A DNA stretch of 37,877 nt from an uncultured Muribaculaceae bacterium (GTDB lineage: Bacteria; Bacteroidota; Bacteroidia; Bacteroidales; Muribaculaceae): contig CAYOUJ010000021.1 in assembly GCA_964407165.1 (NCBI GenBank), positions 1 to 37,877 on the forward strand. Direction: 5' to 3'. Every line of letters starts with the position of its first letter. Position 1 is the first letter of the stretch. This document shows, in pieces, positions 34,901 through 37,877 of the stretch. The notes beneath the pieces are model-generated. The model searched no databases, was not told where the DNA came from, and saw only the letters and a list, made by a program, of their open reading frames with translations. A program made the position numbers and the translations under genes.

Positions 34901-34908
34901 TTGTGCAT
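28936..34908 (-). CDS. Giant (1990 aa) T9SS-secreted cell-surface protein with many GLUG-motif beta-helix-like repeats and a C-terminal T9SS sorting domain (CTD)
   Basis: It has a signal peptide (MAVAMAVCALGASAQS). There are dozens of degenerate repeats carrying GGI(A/V)G / GGLVGY / YxGGIxG motifs (GLUG-like). The C-terminus (VVAVRYFNLQGVQIANPAPGTVVVEQTVYSDGTARSRTLRK) matches the Por/T9SS type-A sorting domain pattern. The long plus-strand ORFs across this region are antisense artefacts. Confidence 0.85.
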   Translation of the reverse strand: MHNYYLNLRAAAMAVAMAVCALGASAQSVADERFQEIVLPGALDTHSPALSHRAESAPASPTGYYAEYDYIQTGTAREGFTAMPQLTVGTDGTATLTNFYNLGTLTGTYDATSATITFPHQVVYTMSPYGDFEMVYFDAVQWGYSTAKNLVFTWDDAEGCFTLGSGWAVLVTDKTSEYVGSALAMSTTMRLYPSNATLTGSLRDLSAQTFSDTSYPVFVKQTTPTQALIANLANSGREVTVFLNADGTFTLEPQMMSYTSLTATSYVTYPAEWGTGTYGNKGIPGNITGTLSATGFGFGPWGVFAATTSSASTSCLYGMNSSTISVEPGVLTLPSSQAYSFTGSGTEADPYQIASTADLDLLAAAVASGLTYEGKYFKQTADIDFASYVGQYRPVGADATNCFNGTYDGGNYTIKNFYVERSAEYTGIFGYVGASGVVRGVKMTTARMLTYGRYSGFVAGYSLGRIEDCSVSGQLVTYERYAGGIVGYSTYVSGCHYVGYLTGLGQLGGITGMIYRGTIKDCSAQISAKQSVPSTSIEHGLGGIVGACSSASASPVLIENCYVLGTMYDTSSYGWVGGIAGNLVTYCTLRSCAASVMIQTVATSSNGYAGGLVGYSSGATIEDCVASCYVQGTSTGTRLGGIAGYLSNLASNNNTLTRVISTGQVYGNGQTLVDNGVAGVINDGTIFNNVYVDGQMAGTLTADHYTATDSLTTANGPEGFGSDMWTFTAGRYPTPKWMAADVAGYFGAAIHLGQGQTSSYVKTAFTLDTPSDVAWYLLDDDNAPVLSHGALTISGSDVTLTGDQGKEFISARFTTDAGTFTRLYQLNVSPSQFPGSGTEADPFVLRTVDDLRTLNTGVTSNGLHYTGDYFVLGNDIDLTGVTDFYGIGDDTNETHYFDATLDGRGYTIKNWTMNGLTLDSSGSPVASSSRQTVALVGILGPNGHLKDITMDASCSLKGYAGLAAFVAICNGTVENCRNYADITVSANYVGGICTRLNAGARAINCYNAGTITAGYRYAAGIVGQMYGGSTISGCQNDGYVHTDAVTNAYEYASTGGAAGIVFNSDATSGADACVIENCVNQGTVQAYTIAAGIIGGVTSAAQLRGCVNTGIVICEGGTYCGAFGGQVASAPAVLEACYYDNQLCTLGAMNGLPRDGISAVNTSVLTTGTAIEGLSADIFDYAAGKYPVLKARASETAASTLRSMYVTFGDGQTVGSMTTNAQLSKADGLTWSIPASEYFSIAGDTLKVTGCVQPQSITLVGTSGAFTREYAVTAFFAPFAGSGTEADPFLITCAADLITLSDYTNTYGLTFEGNHFAITADLDFTGIPQFTPIGFDSNSFGGIIDGRNHSINYLTIDRTDRSVKPYQYVAIIGTLTDKGAVRNLRLGTCSIAAYYYVSALVDKCYGTIENVVNEDATLITTMTTAADVGGLVRYLYAGGSIINCVNRANLDCSGTSMGGIVEQTQAGSLVKGCVNYGNITCGKTTAGGIAARCGGDMIDCKNYGVITASGYIGGIASTMTGGGLYRDLENFGELVFTSAGAGGICYSASGTFINCVNHVDVRGENYLGGCFGSFTAACTVDSCVNYGTVIGNKTYVGGVIGQAGSYANVVTNCVNYGDSVYSNYYDLGGVIGNGNGASAVYRNLVNYATVVNGSATPNNAYAVGGVFGNISGTITDCVNYGTVMSVGNRTGGIAGTSQSSHISSCINLGSVTSTRADRQSTTTAYGHVGGISGYATTGNIHDCANYGTLTGEMFVGGICGASTGATLRRNIAYGKINCTDGTTCAAAMYCTSTQTKVSVDSCYYSTDVNPALVQDEYSASFAKGLTDRELITTSLSDLWDYHQYAMPTLKAFADVPEANFHAALLVFSGDDTAEGVTDKIHVAYLPGLTWEASEEFFIDADEGIIHPLQEASGRTGTITLRAGDLVRVYTIKLGNVIDGIEAVGADDATVVAVRYFNLQGVQIANPAPGTVVVEQTVYSDGTARSRTLRK

Positions 34909-34941
34909 TATGTCAGGTGTTTGATTGGTGGCTAAAAGGAG

Positions 34942-34970
34942 CCGTTTGTGCGGCTTTGCCGCACAAACGG
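34942..34970 (-). terminator. Hairpin ccgtttgtgcgg-ctttg-ccgcacaaacgg after the repeat-protein gene (terminator or attenuator)
   Basis: Perfect 12-bp stem. On the minus strand it is followed by ctcctttt. It lies only about 30 nt upstream of the giant gene's start, so read-through is plausible. Confidence 0.6.
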
Positions 34971-34988
34971 TGAGCGGTTAGTTGACGG

Positions 34989-36329
34989 TTAGCGGACGGT
35001 GAACGATGACTGCCAGATGCGCTGGTCGTCGTAATACAGCTCGTAGCGGTATGTGCCGGCGGGGTATGTGGTGCCGGAGCTGCTGCCGAAGCCGCGGGTG
35101 ACGAGGTTGGTGTCGCCGGGGTTGATGGTGAACGTGTAATGGGTTGAATAACCCGCGGGCGACGAGGTGCCGCTGATTATCGTACCGTCGGGATTGATAA
35201 TCTTGATATACAGGTCTATCTCTTTCTTGGAGGTGATGCGGGTGTTGAAATAGACCTTGGCGTTAAGATACTGCATGCTTGAGGCGTAGAGCGTGCTACC
35301 CGGGGAGGTGAGCACGGTGCCGTTATAGTCGAGGTTGCCGAAGGACACGGAGGTGACCGTGATGGGGCAGCTGTTGTTGTCGCCCATTATGGTGACGCGG
35401 TCGCTCCATATCTTCTTGTCGTCGAGGTAAAGCTCGTAGGTGTAGGTGCCCGACTCGTAGGTGCTGGTGGTGGCGTTGCCGTAGCCCGAGGTCTTGAAGC
35501 TGTTGGTGTTGGGGCCAATTGTGGCGTCGAAGCTGCCGGTGTAGCCGCTTGGAGAGCCGTCATACGTGCTCAGGGTGCCGTCGGGGCGATACAGGCGGTA
35601 ATAGAAGGTCAGCTTGCGGCTCGATGAGAGGTTGGGGGTGATGTATACCTCGGCGTAGAGGTAGCGCATCTTGGAGGCGTAGAGTGTGGAGCCGAAGGTG
35701 TTGATGACGGTGCCGTCTTTCTCGCGGTTGCCGAAGAGGCCGTAGTTGACGGTGAGGGGAGAAAGGTCGACATCTTCGAGAACGACGAATGCGCCGCTCC
35801 AAATCTCCTTGCCGTTGTAGTACAGTCCGTAACGGTAAGTGCCGGGCTCATAGATACTCATCGAGGAATTTCCGTAGCCGATGGTGTTGAAACTTGTAGT
35901 GGAGGAGGATATGTCGACGTCGAAGTAGCCGGTGTAGCCTTCGGGCGATCCGTCAAATGTGGAGAGCGTCCCGTCGGGGTAGTAAATTTTGTAACGGAGG
36001 TCGACGTTGCGTGTAGAAGAGACTTTAGGTGTAATGTGCATCTCGGCGAACAGGTAGCGCATCTCGGATGAGTAAAGGGGAGAGCCGGGGGAGTCTATGA
36101 TAGTGCGGTCTTCTTCGCGGTTGCCAAAGAGGGCAAAGTCTACGGAGAAAGGCACCGAGGGCTGCTTGTTGGAGGTTTTGCCGGTGGATTTCTTCCCCGA
36201 TTTCTTTTGGCCGGAGGTAGTTGTTGTGGTACGGGCCTGGCCGGAGACCACCTTCTGCTGTGCGTGAACGGGAACGCAGACCATTAAGGCGAGCACCAGC
36301 GTGGCGAGTATGCGGGAAATATTTTTCAT
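34989..36329 (-). CDS. Secreted protein built of three tandem repeats of about 140 aa each (unknown repeat family)
   Basis: The start is taken at the ATG for MKNISRILATLVLALMVCVPVHAQ, a signal peptide. A Thr/Lys/Ser-rich linker follows. Three repeats share FGNRExDGT(V/I)I..GS(T/P)LY(A/S)S(E/K)MRYL(F/Y)AE(M/V)(H/Y)ITP..Y(K/R)(I/L)Y(Y/R)PDGTLST(F/Y)DGSP(E/S)GYTG(Y/S)FD..GTYRYELYY(N/D).K(E/K)IW. Confidence 0.7.
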   Translation of the reverse strand: MKNISRILATLVLALMVCVPVHAQQKVVSGQARTTTTTSGQKKSGKKSTGKTSNKQPSVPFSVDFALFGNREEDRTIIDSPGSPLYSSEMRYLFAEMHITPKVSSTRNVDLRYKIYYPDGTLSTFDGSPEGYTGYFDVDISSSTTSFNTIGYGNSSMSIYEPGTYRYGLYYNGKEIWSGAFVVLEDVDLSPLTVNYGLFGNREKDGTVINTFGSTLYASKMRYLYAEVYITPNLSSSRKLTFYYRLYRPDGTLSTYDGSPSGYTGSFDATIGPNTNSFKTSGYGNATTSTYESGTYTYELYLDDKKIWSDRVTIMGDNNSCPITVTSVSFGNLDYNGTVLTSPGSTLYASSMQYLNAKVYFNTRITSKKEIDLYIKIINPDGTIISGTSSPAGYSTHYTFTINPGDTNLVTRGFGSSSGTTYPAGTYRYELYYDDQRIWQSSFTVR

Positions 36330-36367
36330 AACATGAGAGGTGTAAGTCAAAGATGTGTCTTTGGCGG

Positions 36368-36375
36368 CAAATTTA
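36368..36375 (-). promoter_or_regulatory. -7 promoter element TAAATTTG (minus strand; gcgTAAATTTGccgcc) about 40 nt upstream of the repeat-protein ATG, inside a 14-bp inverted repeat
   Basis: The motif matches. It lies in the loop between aagatgtgtcttt and aaagacacacatctt. Confidence 0.5.
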
Positions 36376-36576
36376 CGCAAAATATTTCAATAAAGACACA
36401 CATCTTTAAACTTTTCCCTGAAATTGTTATAGGCCGTATATCCCCTATATGGCTTATACTCCATGGCACCGGTTTGATTTAACTAAATTTAGCATTAATT
36501 TTTAACCACCTTTACCGATTTATGCCGTATATTTGCCCAGGTTTAACAAATCTATATACCACCAAAAATTTCAACC

Positions 36577-37877
36577 ATGAACATTAACACAATCATGACG
36601 AACCTGGAGGCTCGTCACCCCGGAGAGAAAGAGTTCCTGCAAGCCGTTCGTGAGGTGCTCATGAGCGTCGAGGAAGTGTACAACCAGCACCCCGAGTTCG
36701 AGAAAGCCCGCATCATCGAGCGCATGGTCGAGCCCGACCGCATCTTCACCTTCCGTGTCACCTGGGTAGACGACAAGGGTGAAGTCCAGAACAATATCGG
36801 CTACCGCGTGCAGTTTAACAACGCCATCGGCCCGTACAAGGGCGGTATCCGCTTCCACGCATCCGTCAACCTGTCAATCCTCAAGTTCCTCGGCTTCGAG
36901 CAGACGTTCAAGAACGCTCTGACCACGCTCCCCATGGGCGGCGGCAAGGGCGGCTCCGACTTCAGCCCCCGCGGCAAGAGCGACGCCGAGATCATGCGCT
37001 TCTGCCAGGCGTTCATCCTCGAGCTGTGGCGCAACCTCGGCCCCGACCGCGACGTGCCCGCCGGCGACATCGGCGTTGGCAGCCGCGAGGTAGGCTACAT
37101 GTACGGCATGTACAAGAAGCTCGCCCGTGAGAACACCGGCACCTTCACCGGCAAGGGCCTCAGCTTCGGCGGCTCCCTGATCCGCCCGGAGGCCACCGGC
37201 TTCGGCGCACTCTACTTCGTGCAGGACGTGCTCAAGCAGATGAACCAGGACATCAAGGGCAAGACCATCGCCGTCAGCGGCTTCGGCAACGTAGCCTGGG
37301 GCGCCTCCCTCAAGGCCACCGAGCTGGGCGCAAAGGTAGTCACCCTCAGTGGCCCCGACGGTTACATCTACGACCCCGCCGGCCTCGACATGGAGAAGAT
37401 CAACTACATGCTCGAGCTCCGCGCTACCGGCAACGACGTCGTCGCCCCCTACGCCGACCGCTTCCCCGGCTCCACCTTCTACGCCGGCCGCAAGCCCTGG
37501 GAGCAGAAGGTAGACATCGCCCTGCCCTGCGCCACCCAGAACGAGCTGGGCAAGGAGGACGCCGAGGCCCTGGTCAAGAACGGCGTGCTGCTCTGCGCCG
37601 AGGTCTCCAACATGGGCTGCACCCCCGAGGCCATCGACACCTTCATCAACAACCGCATCATCTACTGCCCCGGCAAGGCCGTCAACGCCGGCGGCGTGGC
37701 CACCTCCGGCCTGGAGATGACCCAGGACGCCGAGCACCTGCAGTGGACCGCCGAGGAGGTCGACGCCAAGCTCCACCAGATCATGTCGTCCATCCACTCC
37801 GCATGCCTCGAGTACGGCGTGCAGCCCGACGGCTACATCAACTACATGAAGGGCGCCAACATCGCCGGCTTCATGAA
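36577..37877 (+). CDS. gdhA: NAD(P)-specific glutamate dehydrogenase (5' partial; it continues beyond the window)
   Basis: The open frame runs to the window end. The Glu/Leu/Phe/Val dehydrogenase motifs are present: QFNNAIGPYKGGIRFH, LPMGGGKGGSDFSPRGKSDAEIMRFCQAF, GPDRDVPAGDIGVGSREVGYMYGMY and GSGNVAWGA. The long minus-strand ORF 36874..37797 is its antisense shadow. Confidence 0.92.
   Translation, partial: MNINTIMTNLEARHPGEKEFLQAVREVLMSVEEVYNQHPEFEKARIIERMVEPDRIFTFRVTWVDDKGEVQNNIGYRVQFNNAIGPYKGGIRFHASVNLSILKFLGFEQTFKNALTTLPMGGGKGGSDFSPRGKSDAEIMRFCQAFILELWRNLGPDRDVPAGDIGVGSREVGYMYGMYKKLARENTGTFTGKGLSFGGSLIRPEATGFGALYFVQDVLKQMNQDIKGKTIAVSGFGNVAWGASLKATELGAKVVTLSGPDGYIYDPAGLDMEKINYMLELRATGNDVVAPYADRFPGSTFYAGRKPWEQKVDIALPCATQNELGKEDAEALVKNGVLLCAEVSNMGCTPEAIDTFINNRIIYCPGKAVNAGGVATSGLEMTQDAEHLQWTAEEVDAKLHQIMSSIHSACLEYGVQPDGYINYMKGANIAGFM

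Noticed and set aside
36874-37797. 307-aa minus-strand ORF at the end of the window
   Set aside because: It is antisense to gdhA, whose plus-strand frame carries the canonical GDH motifs and remains open to the window edge.
1-37877. CRISPR arrays, tRNA/rRNA genes, transposases or integrases
   Set aside because: No regularly spaced direct repeats with unique spacers, no tRNA-like cloverleaf candidates and no recombinase-like ORFs were found on either strand. The palindromic octamer elements are reported as repeats, not as CRISPR.

Overview
This is a GC-rich Bacteroidota (Bacteroidales-type) chromosomal segment. Three things point that way: a SusC/SusD pair, a T9SS C-terminal sorting domain, and many copies of the Bacteroidetes sigma-A -7 promoter element TAnnTTTG (often as cgTAAATTTG or gTATCTTTG) just upstream of genes.

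Gene content, in order:
- a sodium:solute symporter
- a susC-susD-susE/F-like polysaccharide utilisation operon with no linked glycoside hydrolase or regulator
- a low-GC HEPN/MNT toxin-antitoxin pair inserted next to recA
- ribH
- a five-gene membrane-associated module: a TerB-like/zinc-ribbon/coiled-coil membrane protein, an SPFH (Band_7_1)-DUF4339 protein, a small DUF4339 protein and two small membrane proteins. It is preceded by a dense operator-like repeat array and resembles a PspA/YdjGHI-type envelope-stress system.
- a long minus-strand series: glucosaminidase, queF, queC, an FGE-sulfatase-family enzyme, a membrane protein, ispB-like polyprenyl synthase, slyD
- pdxA
- three acyltransferases, including a GlsB/GlsA-like glycine-lipid pair, and a sensor-less PspF-like sigma-54 activator
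- a zinc-ribbon/DUF805 gene that looks split by a frameshift. It sits in a 1.6 kb cassette flanked by unusual (GAAATCCC)n(GGGATTTC)n palindromic repeat elements.
- a 1990-aa GLUG-repeat T9SS-secreted giant protein, preceded by a secreted protein made of three tandem ~140-aa repeats
- the 5' part of gdhA

Other notable sequence features are G8/C8/C9/G9 homopolymer tracts at two promoters and inside the queC 5' end, a six-copy 10-bp phased ATCGAT array between recA and ribH, and several long perfect hairpin terminators. Many long ORFs in the six-frame track are antisense or off-frame artefacts of the high GC content and are not reported as genes. All family assignments come from reading the translated sequence and have not been checked against any database.
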